Positions 9,588 to 19,447 of a stretch of 64,000 nt of DNA are shown here, one piece after another (positions within the stretch are counted from its first letter, which is position 1; every line of letters starts with the position of its first letter). The notes below the pieces were generated by a model. It did not search any database. It saw only the letters and a list, made by a program, of their open reading frames with translations, and was not told the DNA's origin. Origin of the DNA: an uncultured Alphaproteobacteria bacterium (GTDB lineage Bacteria > Pseudomonadota > Alphaproteobacteria > Rhodobacterales > Rhodobacteraceae); NCBI GenBank assembly GCA_963822985.1, contig CAWGJU010000018.1:48394-112393 (forward strand). Direction: 5' to 3'. A program made the translations under genes and the position numbers.

Positions 9588-10037
9588 ATGCGCCTTCTCG
9601 TTCTGACCGCCGCGGCGGCGCTCGTCGCGATGCCGGCGCTTGCCCAGGACTACCTTCGCAAGTCGAGCCCCTACCCGGTCGGCGAGACCGTCGAACGGTT
9701 GCAGAGCGCCATCGAGCAGGGCGGCGCCAAGATCGTCGCCACGGTCGACCACAGCGCCGCGGCCGAGAAGGCCGGGTTGAAGCTCGACCCGGCGACCCTC
9801 CTCATCTTCGGCAATCCGGCCTTGGGCACGCCGATCATGCAGCAGGCGCCGTCGATGGCGCTGGCGCTGCCGCTGCGCATCGCGGTCTACCAGACCTCCG
9901 ACGGCGGCACGGAGGTGGCCTATCCGGACCTGCAACAAATCGCCCAGGCGCATGGCGTGCCGGATGGGATGGAGGAGGTGGAGAGCGCCATCCGCTCGCT
10001 CGAGGCCCTGACCGACAAGGCCGTCCGCGAGCAGTAG
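9588..10037 (+). CDS. Exported DUF302 domain protein
   Basis: Signal peptide ...PALAQ; TVDHSAAA...LLIFGNPALGTPIMQ...LALPLRIAVY; AGGAGG RBS. Confidence 0.85.
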   Translation: MRLLVLTAAAALVAMPALAQDYLRKSSPYPVGETVERLQSAIEQGGAKIVATVDHSAAAEKAGLKLDPATLLIFGNPALGTPIMQQAPSMALALPLRIAVYQTSDGGTEVAYPDLQQIAQAHGVPDGMEEVESAIRSLEALTDKAVREQ

Positions 10038-10038
10038 G

Positions 10039-10764
10039 TCAGGAGCCGTCCAGCAAGCGCTGCGCCTCTGCCGGGTCGATGCGGCCGTCATAGAGCGCGC
10101 GGCCCGAGATCGCGCCATCGAGCGGCGTGCCGCAATCGCGCAGGGCGCGCAGATCGTCGAGCGACGAGACGCCGCCCGAGGCGATGACCGGGATGGCGAC
10201 GGCGCGGGCGAGCGCCGCCGTCGCCTCGACGTTCGGGCCTCCCATGGCCCCGTCGCGCTCGATGTCCGTGTAGACGATCGCGGCAACGCCTGCGTCCTCC
10301 ACCCGGCACGCGAGATCAAGGGCGGAGAGCTCGGTCGTCTCGGCCCAGCCGGCGACGGCAACCCGGCCGCCGCGCGCATCGATGCCGACCGCGACCCGGC
10401 CCGGGAAGGCGCGGGCGGCCTCGCGGACCAGCGCCGGCTCGCGCACGGCGGCCGTGCCGAGGATGACGCGCGCCACGCCACGGCCGAGCCAGGCCTCGAT
10501 TGCGGCCATCTCGCGTATACCGCCGCCGAGCTGCGCGGGGATCGAGACCGTCGCCAGGATCGCCTCGACCGCGGCGCCGTTGACCGCCCGCCCGGCGAAA
10601 GCGCCGTCGAGGTCGACGAGGTGCAACCAGCGACAGCCCGCCGCGGCGAAGGCGCGCGCCTGCGCGGCCGGGTCGTCGTTGAAGACGGTCGCGGCGTTCA
10701 TCTCGCCGCGCAGCAGGCGGACGCACTTGCCATCCTTGAGATCGATCGCGGGGTAGAGGATCAT
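10039..10764 (-). CDS. hisA: ProFAR isomerase
   Basis: [57 protein letters not shown]. Confidence 0.95.
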   Translation of the reverse strand: MILYPAIDLKDGKCVRLLRGEMNAATVFNDDPAAQARAFAAAGCRWLHLVDLDGAFAGRAVNGAAVEAILATVSIPAQLGGGIREMAAIEAWLGRGVARVILGTAAVREPALVREAARAFPGRVAVGIDARGGRVAVAGWAETTELSALDLACRVEDAGVAAIVYTDIERDGAMGGPNVEATAALARAVAIPVIASGGVSSLDDLRALRDCGTPLDGAISGRALYDGRIDPAEAQRLLDGS

Positions 10765-10846
10765 GACCGGCTCCCGTCCTGGCCCGCCGCCATAGCGCGC
10801 CCGAGACCGGACGAAAACCCCGCGCGCCGCCCGCTCTCGATGCTCC

Positions 10847-10874
10847 GAAATCGTGATTGGGAAATCGTGATTGG
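10847..10874. repeat. Perfect 14-bp tandem repeat in the divergent hisA / Cys-protein promoter
   Basis: GAAATCGTGATTGG twice (10847-10860, 10861-10874), followed by a degenerate CGTGATC. Confidence 0.8.
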
Positions 10875-10932
10875 ACCGTGATCGCGTGCCGCGCCCATCC
10901 TTGCTGCCGCAAGGGCAATAAGAGGGGAAGCC

Positions 10933-11382
10933 ATGCGAGGCATTACGGGCGCCGTTCTGGCGGTGCTCGCAGCTTGGCCCGTCGCCGCCGCCCAGGGCGA
11001 GCGCGTGCAGGTCAAGGGCGAGATGATCGACACCTGGTGCTATTTCTCCGGCGTGATGGGCGGCCCCGAGGCGGTCGTGGGGACGGCGCACCACACATGC
11101 GCGATCTGGTGCGCGGCGGGCGGTATTCCGGTCGGCATCCGCGCCGAGGACGGGACCGTCTACATGGTCGTCAAATGGCGGGGCGATCCGGACGTCACGG
11201 GCGGCACGTTGCTGGACCTGCAGAGCCACGACGTGGTCGCCGATGGCATCCTGCACCAGCGGGACGGCATCAACTACCTGCTGGTCGAAGAGGTCGTCGA
11301 CAACGGCATCACGAACCTCAGCCACGAGGAATTCGGGGTCACGCCCGATTTCGCCGTCCCGCCGGAGGTGACCGGCAAATGA
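10933..11382 (+). CDS. Exported hypothetical protein with Cys/His motifs
   Basis: Signal peptide; GEMIDTWCY...[19 protein letters not shown]. Confidence 0.75.
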   Translation: MRGITGAVLAVLAAWPVAAAQGERVQVKGEMIDTWCYFSGVMGGPEAVVGTAHHTCAIWCAAGGIPVGIRAEDGTVYMVVKWRGDPDVTGGTLLDLQSHDVVADGILHQRDGINYLLVEEVVDNGITNLSHEEFGVTPDFAVPPEVTGK

Positions 11383-11963
11383 GAGGCGCCGCCGTTGCCA
11401 TTGGCCTGGCCGCGATGCTGCTCGCCGCGTCGGCGCGGGCAGAAGGAGAGTTCGCCGAGGGAAGCGAGATCACCGGCTGGGACAACCTGCAGGGTCGCGA
11501 GAACGCGACCTTTCGGGCGAAGGTCGTCGACGTCGTCTGCGCGCTGACGGGCGATTGCCCCGAGGATTGCGGCGGCGGCGCGCGGCAGATGGCGCTGCTG
11601 CGCGAGGCCGACGGCGCGCTGATCCTCGCCGCCAAGAACGCCCAGCCGCTGTTCACCGGGGCCACCCGGGACCTCGCGCCCTATTGCGGACAGACGGTCA
11701 CGGTGGACGGGCTGCTGGTCGGCGACCCGGAGCTGACCGAGACCAAGGTCTACCAGGTCTTCCTGATCCGGCGCGAAGGGGCCGACAGATCGGCCAAGGC
11801 CGAGCGCTGGTCGCGCCTCTGGGAGCGCGAGCACAAGGACCTGGCGAAGAAGCAAGGCCCCTGGTTCCGGCACGATCCCACCGTCCAGCGGGCCATCGAG
11901 GGGAACGGCTATCTCGGGCTCGGCGCCGAAGCGGACGAGGCATTCATCGAGGAGTTCTACTGA
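11379..11963 (+). CDS. Exported hypothetical protein, Cys-containing, likely related to the upstream gene
   Basis: ATGA overlap; signal peptide; [21 protein letters not shown]...DLAPYCG. Confidence 0.75.
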   Translation: MRGAAVAIGLAAMLLAASARAEGEFAEGSEITGWDNLQGRENATFRAKVVDVVCALTGDCPEDCGGGARQMALLREADGALILAAKNAQPLFTGATRDLAPYCGQTVTVDGLLVGDPELTETKVYQVFLIRREGADRSAKAERWSRLWEREHKDLAKKQGPWFRHDPTVQRAIEGNGYLGLGAEADEAFIEEFY

Positions 11964-12643
11964 TGCCGGCGCGGCGCCCGGCCTCGGCGCCCCCTCCCCA
12001 TCCCTACCCCACAAGGGGGGAGGGAGGCGCCCGGCCGCGACGGCTGGCCACTTTGTTCGGGATCGGCATCTGCCTTGCCGTCGTCGGGTCGTCCGCCAGC
12101 TCCGCCGGGCAGGGGGCGCCGGGCGCCGACGCGGTTCGCGCCGCCCTGCCGGCGGCGGCCTTTCCCGCCGACATCCAGCCGCGCTTCCGGCTGACGGACC
12201 AGGCGGGGCGCGAGGTGACCGAGGCCGATTTCGCCGGGCGGCCGATGGCCGTCTTCTTTGGCTATGCGAGCTGCGAGGCGATCTGCTCAGTCGCGCTGCC
12301 GCAACTCGGCGCGGCGCTCGACCTGCTGGGCGACAAGGCGGCAGGGCTGGCGCCGATTCTCATCACCGTCGATCCGGCGCGCGACACGCCCGAGGCGATG
12401 CGCGCGGCGCTGCCGAGATGGCACCCGCGCCTGATCGGCCTGACCGGCCCGGAGGCGGCGCTGGCCGAGGCGCGGGCGGTCTTCCAGGTCGAGGCGCAGA
12501 AGGTCTTCGACGGCCCGGAAGGCCCGGTCTATGCGCATGGCAGCTTCATCTACCTTTTCGACCGGGAGGGGCGGCTGGTGACGCTGCTGCCGCCGATCCT
12601 CGGCCCCGAGCGCCTGGCCGAGATCATCGCCGGCGCGCTCTGA
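11963..12643 (+). CDS. SCO1/SenC family copper chaperone
   Basis: FRLTDQAG...VFFGYASCEAICS (CxxxC), ITVDPARDT, IGLTG, YAHGSFIYL (distal His). Start uncertain. Confidence 0.88.
   Translation: MPARRPASAPPPHPYPTRGEGGARPRRLATLFGIGICLAVVGSSASSAGQGAPGADAVRAALPAAAFPADIQPRFRLTDQAGREVTEADFAGRPMAVFFGYASCEAICSVALPQLGAALDLLGDKAAGLAPILITVDPARDTPEAMRAALPRWHPRLIGLTGPEAALAEARAVFQVEAQKVFDGPEGPVYAHGSFIYLFDREGRLVTLLPPILGPERLAEIIAGAL
11987..12030. repeat. Short palindromic element of the alphaproteobacterial CCCCTCCCC...GGGGAGGG type
   Basis: GCGCCCCCTCCCCATCCCTACCCCACAAGGGGGGAGGGAGGCGC lies in the SCO 5' region and reads PPPHPYPTRGEG in frame. Confidence 0.5.
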
Positions 12644-12683
12644 AGGGCCGGCTCTGGCGCGCGCCGGGCGTGCGCCGACCGCT

Positions 12684-13319
12684 TCAGGGCCGCCAGCGCA
12701 GGAAGTTGGCGATCAGGCGCAGGCCTGTCGCCTGGCTCTTTTCCGGGTGGAACTGCGTGCCCGCCACATTGCCGCGGGCGACCAGCGCCGTCACCGGCTC
12801 GCCATAGTCGACATGCGCCAGGCGATTTGCCGCGTCGCGCGGGCGGAGATGGTATGAATGGACGAAATAGGCGTGGTCGCCCGTGGCGATCCCCTCGAGC
12901 AGCGGGTGCGCCCGGTCGACCACCAGCTCGTTCCAGCCCATATGCGGCACCTTCAGCGCCGGGTCGCGGGGCGCGAGACGGACCACCTCGCCGCCGATCC
13001 AGTCGAAACCCGGCGTCTCGCCATGCTCGAGCCCGCGCGTCGCCATCAGCTGCATGCCGACGCAGATGCCGAGAAACGGGCAGCCGGCCTCCACCCGGGC
13101 GACAATCGCGTCCGTCAGCCCGGGGATGGCCATCAGCCCTTCCCGGCATGCGGCGAAGGCGCCGACGCCCGGCAGCACGATCCGCTCGGCGCGCGCGACG
13201 GCCTCCGGCTCGGCCGTCACCAGGACCGGATCGCCGCCGGCCTCGGCCGCCATGCGCTGGAAGGCCTTTTCGGCCGAGCGCAGATTGCCCGAGCCATAAT
13301 CGACAATCGCGGTCGTCAT
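12684..13319 (-). CDS. hisH: Imidazole glycerol phosphate synthase glutaminase subunit
   Basis: IVDYGSGNLRS, LPGVGAF, LGICVGMQ, PHMGWN, YFVHSY, TQFHPEKS. Confidence 0.95.
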   Translation of the reverse strand: MTTAIVDYGSGNLRSAEKAFQRMAAEAGGDPVLVTAEPEAVARAERIVLPGVGAFAACREGLMAIPGLTDAIVARVEAGCPFLGICVGMQLMATRGLEHGETPGFDWIGGEVVRLAPRDPALKVPHMGWNELVVDRAHPLLEGIATGDHAYFVHSYHLRPRDAANRLAHVDYGEPVTALVARGNVAGTQFHPEKSQATGLRLIANFLRWRP

Positions 13320-13660
13320 GCGGCCTGCCCGGTCAGATATAGCTCCTCGGCGCCATCGGGCGTGCGCGCCTCGACGACGGCGGCTTCGCGCCAGCCCCGC
13401 AGGCGCAGCTCGGCGCGGATGATCGAGGCGCCCTCGAAGGCGCAGATGGCCGCGGCGCCCGAAAGCGCGGGCCATGCGGCGAGCGGCGCTATCAGCGCCA
13501 AGGCGACCAGCAGAACCACCAGGGCGAGCATGGCGATCCACAGCCGCTGCCAGACCAGCCAGCCCGGCAGGAACAGCAGCGCCAGCAGCGAGAAACAGTC
13601 CGCCACCACGCGCATGTGGCGCTCGCCCTTGCGATGGACCGTGTAGAGATGCGTCTCCAT
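13316..13660 (-). CDS. DUF2628 domain membrane protein
   Basis: [10 protein letters not shown]...FSLLALLFLPGWLVWQRLW...LRGWRE; sits in the usual hisB-hisH position. Confidence 0.75.
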   Translation of the reverse strand: METHLYTVHRKGERHMRVVADCFSLLALLFLPGWLVWQRLWIAMLALVVLLVALALIAPLAAWPALSGAAAICAFEGASIIRAELRLRGWREAAVVEARTPDGAEELYLTGQAA

Positions 13661-14247
13661 CAGAGCGCGCCCTTGGTCGAGGGGACGGCGTCGGCCCGGC
13701 GCGGGTCGGGCTCGACCGCGTCGCGCAAGCTGCGCGCCACCGCCTTGAAGACCGCCTCGGCGACATGGTGCGCGTTCACGCCGTCCAGGCGCTCGACATG
13801 CAGGGTCATGCGCGCGTTCATCGCGAAGGCGGTGAAGAACTCGCGCACCAGCTCGGTGTCGAAGCTGCCGATCTTCGCCGCCGCGAAATCGACCTTCCAG
13901 ACGAGGTATGGCCGGCCGGAGAGGTCCAGCGCCGCCCGCGCCAGAGCATCGTCCATGGGCAGGAGGCAGGACCCATAGCGGCGGATGCCGCGCTTGGTCC
14001 CCAGCGCCTCGTCCAGCGCCTGGCCGAGCACGATGCCCACATCCTCGACGGTGTGATGATCGTCGATGTGCCGGTCGCCCTTGGCATGCACCGTCAGGTC
14101 GAACAGCGCGTGGCGGGCCAGCTGGTCGAGCATGTGGTCGAAAAAGCCCACGCCCGTTTGGTTCTCGTACCGGCCGGTGCCGTCGAGATCCAGCGCGACC
14201 GTCACCTCGGTCTCGGCCGTCTTGCGCGTCTTCTTCGCCTGCCGCAT
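13660..14247 (-). CDS. hisB: Imidazoleglycerol-phosphate dehydratase
   Basis: [46 protein letters not shown]. Confidence 0.96.
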   Translation of the reverse strand: MRQAKKTRKTAETEVTVALDLDGTGRYENQTGVGFFDHMLDQLARHALFDLTVHAKGDRHIDDHHTVEDVGIVLGQALDEALGTKRGIRRYGSCLLPMDDALARAALDLSGRPYLVWKVDFAAAKIGSFDTELVREFFTAFAMNARMTLHVERLDGVNAHHVAEAVFKAVARSLRDAVEPDPRRADAVPSTKGAL

Positions 14248-14338
14248 CGCCCGCCGCATCCCACAGTCCTGCCAGCGCCGAGCCGCCGGCGCGCGCCTCA
14301 CCTAGCAATTTCCGGGCGGCGTGGCTATCTGCCCGGCC

Positions 14339-14893
14339 ATGGAAAAAGACGCATCGGGCTGGCACGGCACCACGATCGTTGCCATCAAGAAGGGCGACAA
14401 GGTCGCCGTGGCGGGCGACGGGCAGGTCTCGCTCGACAAGACGACCATCAAGTCGAACGCGCGTAAAGTACGGCGGATCTCGCCCGGCGGGCACGACGTC
14501 GTCTGCGGCTTTGCCGGGGCGACGGCCGATGCCTTCACGCTGCTCGAGCGGCTGGAGGGCAAGCTGGAGAAGAGCCCCGGCAACCTGATGCGCGCCTGCG
14601 TCGAGCTTGCCAAGGACTGGCGCACGGACCGCTATCTGCGCAACCTGCAGGCAATGCTGATCGTCACCGACGGGCGCGAGCTTCTGGTGGTGACCGGCAA
14701 TGGCGACGTGCTCGAGCCCGAGGGCGGCATCGCCGCGATCGGCTCGGGCGGCAACTACGCGCTGGCCGCCGCCCGGGCGCTGGCCGACCACGAAGCGGAT
14801 GCCGAGCGGCTGGCCCGCAAGGCGCTGGAGATCGCCGCCGGCATCTGCGTCTACACCAACGGCAACGCGACCGTCGAAGTGATCGACGCGTGA
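14339..14893 (+). CDS. hslV: ATP-dependent protease subunit HslV
   Basis: WHGTTIV (N-terminal Thr nucleophile after processing), [27 protein letters not shown]. Confidence 0.96.
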   Translation: MEKDASGWHGTTIVAIKKGDKVAVAGDGQVSLDKTTIKSNARKVRRISPGGHDVVCGFAGATADAFTLLERLEGKLEKSPGNLMRACVELAKDWRTDRYLRNLQAMLIVTDGRELLVVTGNGDVLEPEGGIAAIGSGGNYALAAARALADHEADAERLARKALEIAAGICVYTNGNATVEVIDA

Positions 14894-14915
14894 CGCGGCC
14901 CCGAACAGGAAACCC

Positions 14916-16220
14916 ATGAGCGACCTGACCCCCCGCGAGATCGTCTCCGAGCTCGACCGCTTCATCATCGGCCAGAAGGACGCCAAGCGCGCCGTCGCGG
15001 TGGCGCTGCGCAACCGCTGGCGGCGCCAGCAGCTCGACCCCGCCATGCAGGCCGAGATTTACCCGAAGAACATCCTGATGATCGGCCCGACGGGCGTCGG
15101 CAAGACCGAGATCTCGCGCCGGCTGGCCAAGCTGGCGAACGCACCCTTCATCAAGGTCGAGGCGACCAAGTTCACCGAGGTCGGCTATGTCGGCCGCGAT
15201 GTCGAGCAGATCGTCCGCGACCTGGTAGAGAGCGCCATCGCCATGGTCCGCGACCGCCAGCGCGCTGAAAAGCGTGCACAGGCGCACGAGGCGGCCGAGG
15301 AGAGGGTGATCGACGCGCTGGTCAAGGGCGATTCGAGCGAGACGACGCGGCGTTTCTTCCGGCAGAAGCTGCGCGCCAACGAGCTCGACGACAAGGAGAT
15401 CGAGCTGGAAATCGCAGACACCGCGAACCCCATGCCGTTCCTCGACATACCGGGCGGCGGCGGCCAGATCGGCATGGCGAACCTGGGCGACCTGTTCGGC
15501 AAGGCCTTCAAGGGGCGCAAGAAATCCGTTCGCACCACCGTCGCCGACAGCTACAAGCTGTTGATCGACGAGGAGGCCGACAAGCTGATCGACGACGAGG
15601 CGATCAAGCGCGAGGCGATCCAGGCGGTCGAGCAGAACGGCATCGTCTTCCTCGACGAGATTGACAAGGTCTGCGCCCGCTCAGAGCACCGCGGCGCCGA
15701 TGTCAGCCGCGAGGGCGTGCAGCGCGACCTGCTGCCGCTGATCGAGGGCACCACCGTCACGACCAAGCACGGCGCGGTGAACACCGACCATGTCCTCTTC
15801 ATCGCATCGGGCGCCTTCCACATCGCCAAGCCGAGCGATCTGCTGCCCGAGCTGCAGGGCCGCTTGCCGATCCGGGTCGAGCTGCGGGCGCTGACCGAGG
15901 ACGATTTCCGCCGCATCCTGACCGAGACCGACAACGCGCTGACCCGGCAATACGCCGCGCTGATGGGCACCGAGGCCGTCGAAGTCGAGTTCGCCTCCGA
16001 TGGCGTCGAGGCGCTGGCCCGCGTAGCCGCCGAGGTGAACGCCACCGTCGAGAACATTGGCGCCCGTCGCCTGCAGACGGTGCTGGAACGCGTCTTCGAG
16101 GAGCTGAGCTTCACCGCCCCCGACCGCGGCGGCGAGAAGGTGGTGGTGGACGGCGCCATGGTGGAGAAGCACCTCGGCGACCTGGCGCGGAGCGCGGATC
16201 TGAGCCGGTACGTTCTCTAA
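14916..16220 (+). CDS. hslU: ATP-dependent protease ATPase subunit HslU
   Basis: [60 protein letters not shown]. Confidence 0.97.
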   Translation: MSDLTPREIVSELDRFIIGQKDAKRAVAVALRNRWRRQQLDPAMQAEIYPKNILMIGPTGVGKTEISRRLAKLANAPFIKVEATKFTEVGYVGRDVEQIVRDLVESAIAMVRDRQRAEKRAQAHEAAEERVIDALVKGDSSETTRRFFRQKLRANELDDKEIELEIADTANPMPFLDIPGGGGQIGMANLGDLFGKAFKGRKKSVRTTVADSYKLLIDEEADKLIDDEAIKREAIQAVEQNGIVFLDEIDKVCARSEHRGADVSREGVQRDLLPLIEGTTVTTKHGAVNTDHVLFIASGAFHIAKPSDLLPELQGRLPIRVELRALTEDDFRRILTETDNALTRQYAALMGTEAVEVEFASDGVEALARVAAEVNATVENIGARRLQTVLERVFEELSFTAPDRGGEKVVVDGAMVEKHLGDLARSADLSRYVL

Positions 16221-16362
16221 GTGGCTCTGAACGTTTCCACTTTCGGATTTCTATATAGAATTGGCAATCCCGTCACAGAGGTGGCTCGGGAAATCTGAAC
16301 AGGGGCTATGAGTGGTGAAGCCGCTCGAGATCGGCAAGAAGATTGCCGAGAACCGAGGAGGC

Positions 16363-16674
16363 ATGACGAGACGACCGCGCCGGAACCACAGCCCGGCCTT
16401 CAAGGCGAAGGTGGCGATAGCGGCCCTCAAGGGCGAGAAGACGCTGGCCGAGCTGGCCCAGCAGATCGATGTGCATCCGAACCAGATCACGCAATGGCGC
16501 GGCCAGCTCCTGGAGGGCGCGACGGCGGTGTTCGGCGAGGGCGCCAAGGCCGACGCCGCTCCGGCGATCGACGTCGAGGTCCTGCACGCGAAGATCGGCG
16601 AGCTGACGCTGGCCAATGATTTTTTAGCGGGCGCGCTCGACAAGGCCGGACTGCTGGCGAGCGCAAGGAAATGA
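16363..16674 (+). CDS. IS3 transposase OrfA (HTH)
   Basis: MTRRPRRNHSPAFKAKVAIAALKGEKTLAELAQQIDVHPNQITQW. Confidence 0.9.
   Translation: MTRRPRRNHSPAFKAKVAIAALKGEKTLAELAQQIDVHPNQITQWRGQLLEGATAVFGEGAKADAAPAIDVEVLHAKIGELTLANDFLAGALDKAGLLASARK
16620..16665 (+). promoter_or_regulatory. Programmed -1 ribosomal frameshift signal of the IS3
   Basis: Slippery heptamer T TTT TTA (16620-16626) in the OrfA frame, with a downstream GCGCTCG...CGAGCGC hairpin. The -1 frame reads into ERKEMIDR of OrfB. Confidence 0.7.
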
Positions 16675-17473
16675 TCGACAGGTCCCATGAACTGCCGCTG
16701 ACCGGCCAGGGATTGGGCAGGCGAAGGCGCTCGGGATCAGCCGGGGCGGCGTTTACTACCTGGCGCGGCCGACCTCGGCCGCCGACCTGGTGCTGATGCG
16801 CCGGATCGATGAGCTGCACCTCGAGCATCCGTTCGCGGGCAGCCGGATGCTGCGGGACATGCTGAAGGCGGAAGGCCGCCATGTCGGCAGCCGGCACGTT
16901 GCGACGCTGATGAGAGTCGAGGCGATCTACCGACGGCCGAACACCTCGAAGCCGGCGCCCGGGCACAAGATCTATCCATACCTGCTGCGCAACCTGGCGG
17001 TGACGCGGCCCAACCAGGTCTGGGCGAGCGACATCACCTACGTGCCGATGGCGCGGGGGTTCGTCTACCTCGTCGCCATCGTCGACTGGTTCAGCCGCAA
17101 GGTCCTGGCCTGGCGGCTCTCGATCACGCTGTCGGCGGACTTCTGCGTCGAGGCCCTGGAGGAGGCGCTCGCCCGGCACGGCAATCCCGAGGTCTTCAAC
17201 ACGGACCAGGGCAGTCAATTCACCTCGACCGACTTCACCAAGGTACTGAAGGACGCCGAAATCGCGATCAGTGTCTTCGTCGAGCGGCTCTGGCGGACGG
17301 TCAAATACGAGGAAGTCTATCTGCGTGCTTACGCCGGTGTCACGCAAGCCAGAGCTTCGATCGGCCGGTATCTGAGCTTCAACAACGGCAAGAGGCCGCA
17401 TTCGTCGCTTGGCGGGAAAACTCCCGATCAGGCATACACCAACCTGCCGACGCCAATCCCGGCGGCGGCCTGA
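16671..17473 (+). pseudogene. IS3 transposase OrfB (DDE integrase core), disrupted
   Basis: WASDITY, DWFSRKVLAW, NTDQGSQFT. Small insertion near 16710 shifts the frame. EIAISVFVERLWR lacks the usual MDGKG..RDN segment. Confidence 0.85.
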
Positions 17474-17643
17474 AATGGGCGGCGAAGCCACTCAAAAACG
17501 CCCGGGAAGGTGTTCAGACGAACCGAGCCACCTCTGCGTGTTGCGGGCCCAGACGGGGAAACTTCGAACGCGATTTTCGAGACTTTGAAGGACTGGGAGC
17601 ATCAGCTCAAGCACAGTGAGTTCGCAGCGCCAGAGATGGAGCC

Positions 17644-18075
17644 ATGAGCGCGCCTCTCCGCAACTCCGCCCTTACGGTCCGCGACAGCTTCGATGCCGCG
17701 AGATCGGAACGCCCTTCCCGCCCGGCACGTCGGACGAAAACACCGCCGCCCTTCTCCCTGCGCCTGAGTGCTGAAGAACGTGCGCAGTTGGAAAGTGCAG
17801 CAGGCGGGATGCCTCTCGGCAGCTTTATCAAGGCGAAGCTCTTTGACGGCGATCTGAGCCCGCGCCGCGCCCGCAGCAAAACCCCGGTCCGAGATCACGC
17901 CGCCCTGGCGCAGCTACTCGGCATGCTCGGCAATATGAGGCTGGCCAACAACCTCAACCAGCTCGCCCGTTCGGCCAATATCGGGACGCTGCCCCTGACG
18001 CCTGAAGTCGAAGAGGAGCTGGCTACCGCCTGCGCGGCGGTGATTGCCATGAAGGCCAAGCCTATGCTGGCGCTC
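17644..18075 (+). pseudogene. mobC: MobC-type mobilisation/relaxosome accessory protein; 3' end fused to unrelated DNA, no relaxase downstream
   Basis: PPFSLRLSAEERAQLE (ribbon-helix-helix-like) and RLANNLNQLARSAN (MobC signature). Confidence 0.75.
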
Positions 18076-18079
18076 GCCT

Positions 18080-18460
18080 TCGGCCACCAGCAGCATGTCG
18101 GGGAGCTCGGGATGGCTGGCGCGGATGCGGGCCGGGCCCTCGGCGCGCAGTACGGGCTTCGGCGCCTTTTCGCACCATGACCAAGTGTTGCGGAACCAGA
18201 GCTGCGGGACCAGCGCGATCTCGGCCGCCTCCGGACCGCGATTGTGCGCCGTGATCCACAGCAGCGTGTCGTTGGGCCCGCCCTTTGCATAAGCGATCTC
18301 GACGTCCCAGTAGCGGTCGTCGTCGAAGATGCCGGTGTCGATCAGCTCGAACTCCGGATCGGTCTTCGAGCGCGCGCGGTTCGTCTCGATCATCTCGGCA
18401 TAGGGGAAGGCCCGCTGCGGGTACTTGTAGACCGTCTGCGACCGGAGCGGGTTCGCCATG
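18080..18460 (-). pseudogene. Internal fragment of a GH63/MGH1-like glucosidase
   Basis: YKYPQRAFPY...EFELIDTGIFDDDRYWDVEIAYAK...ITAHNRGPEAA...PQLWFRNTWSW; truncated at both ends. Confidence 0.75.
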
Positions 18461-18534
18461 CTTTGCACACCTGAATGAGTCGGCCGCCGGCCGATGGCCG
18501 ACGGCGCCTGGGACCGGGCCTTCGATGGGAAGTG

Positions 18535-19434
18535 TCAGACGCCCGCGACCTCGCGCAGGTATCCTCGGGCCTTGCGGGCATAATCCAGCGGGTTGGCCTT
18601 GCGCCGCGTCCTGCTCGGCCTCGACCATCAGCCAGCCTGCGTAGTCGGCGTCGGCGAGCGCCTGGAAGATCGGGCGAAAGTCGATGCAGCCGTCGCCCGG
18701 TACGGTGAAGATGCCCTCGAGCATCGACTCGTAGAAGGTCCGATGGCGGCGGTTGCAGCTTTCCATCACGTCCTGCCGGATGTCCTTGAGATGGACGTGC
18801 TTGATCCGGTCGGCATAGGCGCGGGCCATGTCGAGCGGATCGTCGCCGGCCCAGTAGAGATGGCCGGTGTCGAGCAGCAGGTGCACGGCCTCGGGGTCGG
18901 TGTCGTTCATCAGCCGGTCGACCTCGGCGCGCGTCATGACGCCGGTGCCCATGTGATGGTGATAGCAGAGACGCATGTCGTTCTCGGCGGCCATCCGGCC
19001 CAGCTCGTTCAGCCCCTCGGTCATCGCCCTCCACTGGTCGCGGTCGAAGAGCGGCTTGTTCGAGATCGGCGGGACGGGCGCTGGTGCACGGCGTGGCCGA
19101 GCTCGGCGACGACGACGTCGACGTGCCGCCCATCCGCTTGATGAAGCGCCATCGAGTTGCAGAAGCCCTCGATCGTCCGCTCGCGCATGTCGCGCACGGT
19201 GAAGAAGGTGCTCGACCAGGGCTCGGAGACGCGCAGGCCGCGGCGCGACAGCTCGGCTTGCAGCACCTCCGGGTCCTTGGGGTACTTGTGGCCGACGCTG
19301 CAGCCCTCGAAGCCCGCCAGCGCCATCTCGCTGACGCATTGGCCGAACGAAATGTCGTCGCCGAGGCCCGGAAGTCGTCGTTCGTCCAGCCGGTCGGCGT
19401 GATGCCGACTAGATACCTTCGCGCAGTCGAACAC
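18535..19434 (-). pseudogene. iolE: IolE-like (myo-inosose-2 dehydratase family) TIM-barrel dehydratase, several frameshifts
   Basis: Across frames: GITPTGWTNDD, GDDISFGQCVSEMALAGFEG, CYHHHMGT, LLLDTGH, HVHLKD, FTVPGDG, VEAEQD, KANPLDYARKAR. Confidence 0.85.
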
Positions 19435-19447
19435 TGGGGTGCTCCTT

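Larger units (their letters stand above)
16276..17536 (+). mobile_element. IS3-family insertion sequence (decayed)
   Basis: 26-bp imperfect terminal IRs: CAGAGGTGGCTCGGgaaaTCTGAACA (16276-16301) vs the reverse complement of 17511-17536 (22/26 match). Contains orfA and orfB. No target duplication seen. Confidence 0.9.

Noticed and set aside
7668-10037. 789-aa plus-strand ORF
   Set aside because: Only the last 149 codons (DUF302, with its own RBS) are real; the rest is antisense to the GNAT and DUF1330 genes.
14290-14338. RpoH (sigma32) promoter for hslVU
   Set aside because: A CTATCT -10-like hexamer is present but there is no convincing -35 at the right spacing.
13316-15046. 576-aa minus-strand ORF
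   Set aside because: Read-through artefact; only 13316-13660 (DUF2628) is credible, and the rest overlaps hisB and hslV.
16270-17545. Target-site duplication around the IS3
   Set aside because: The flanks do not repeat.
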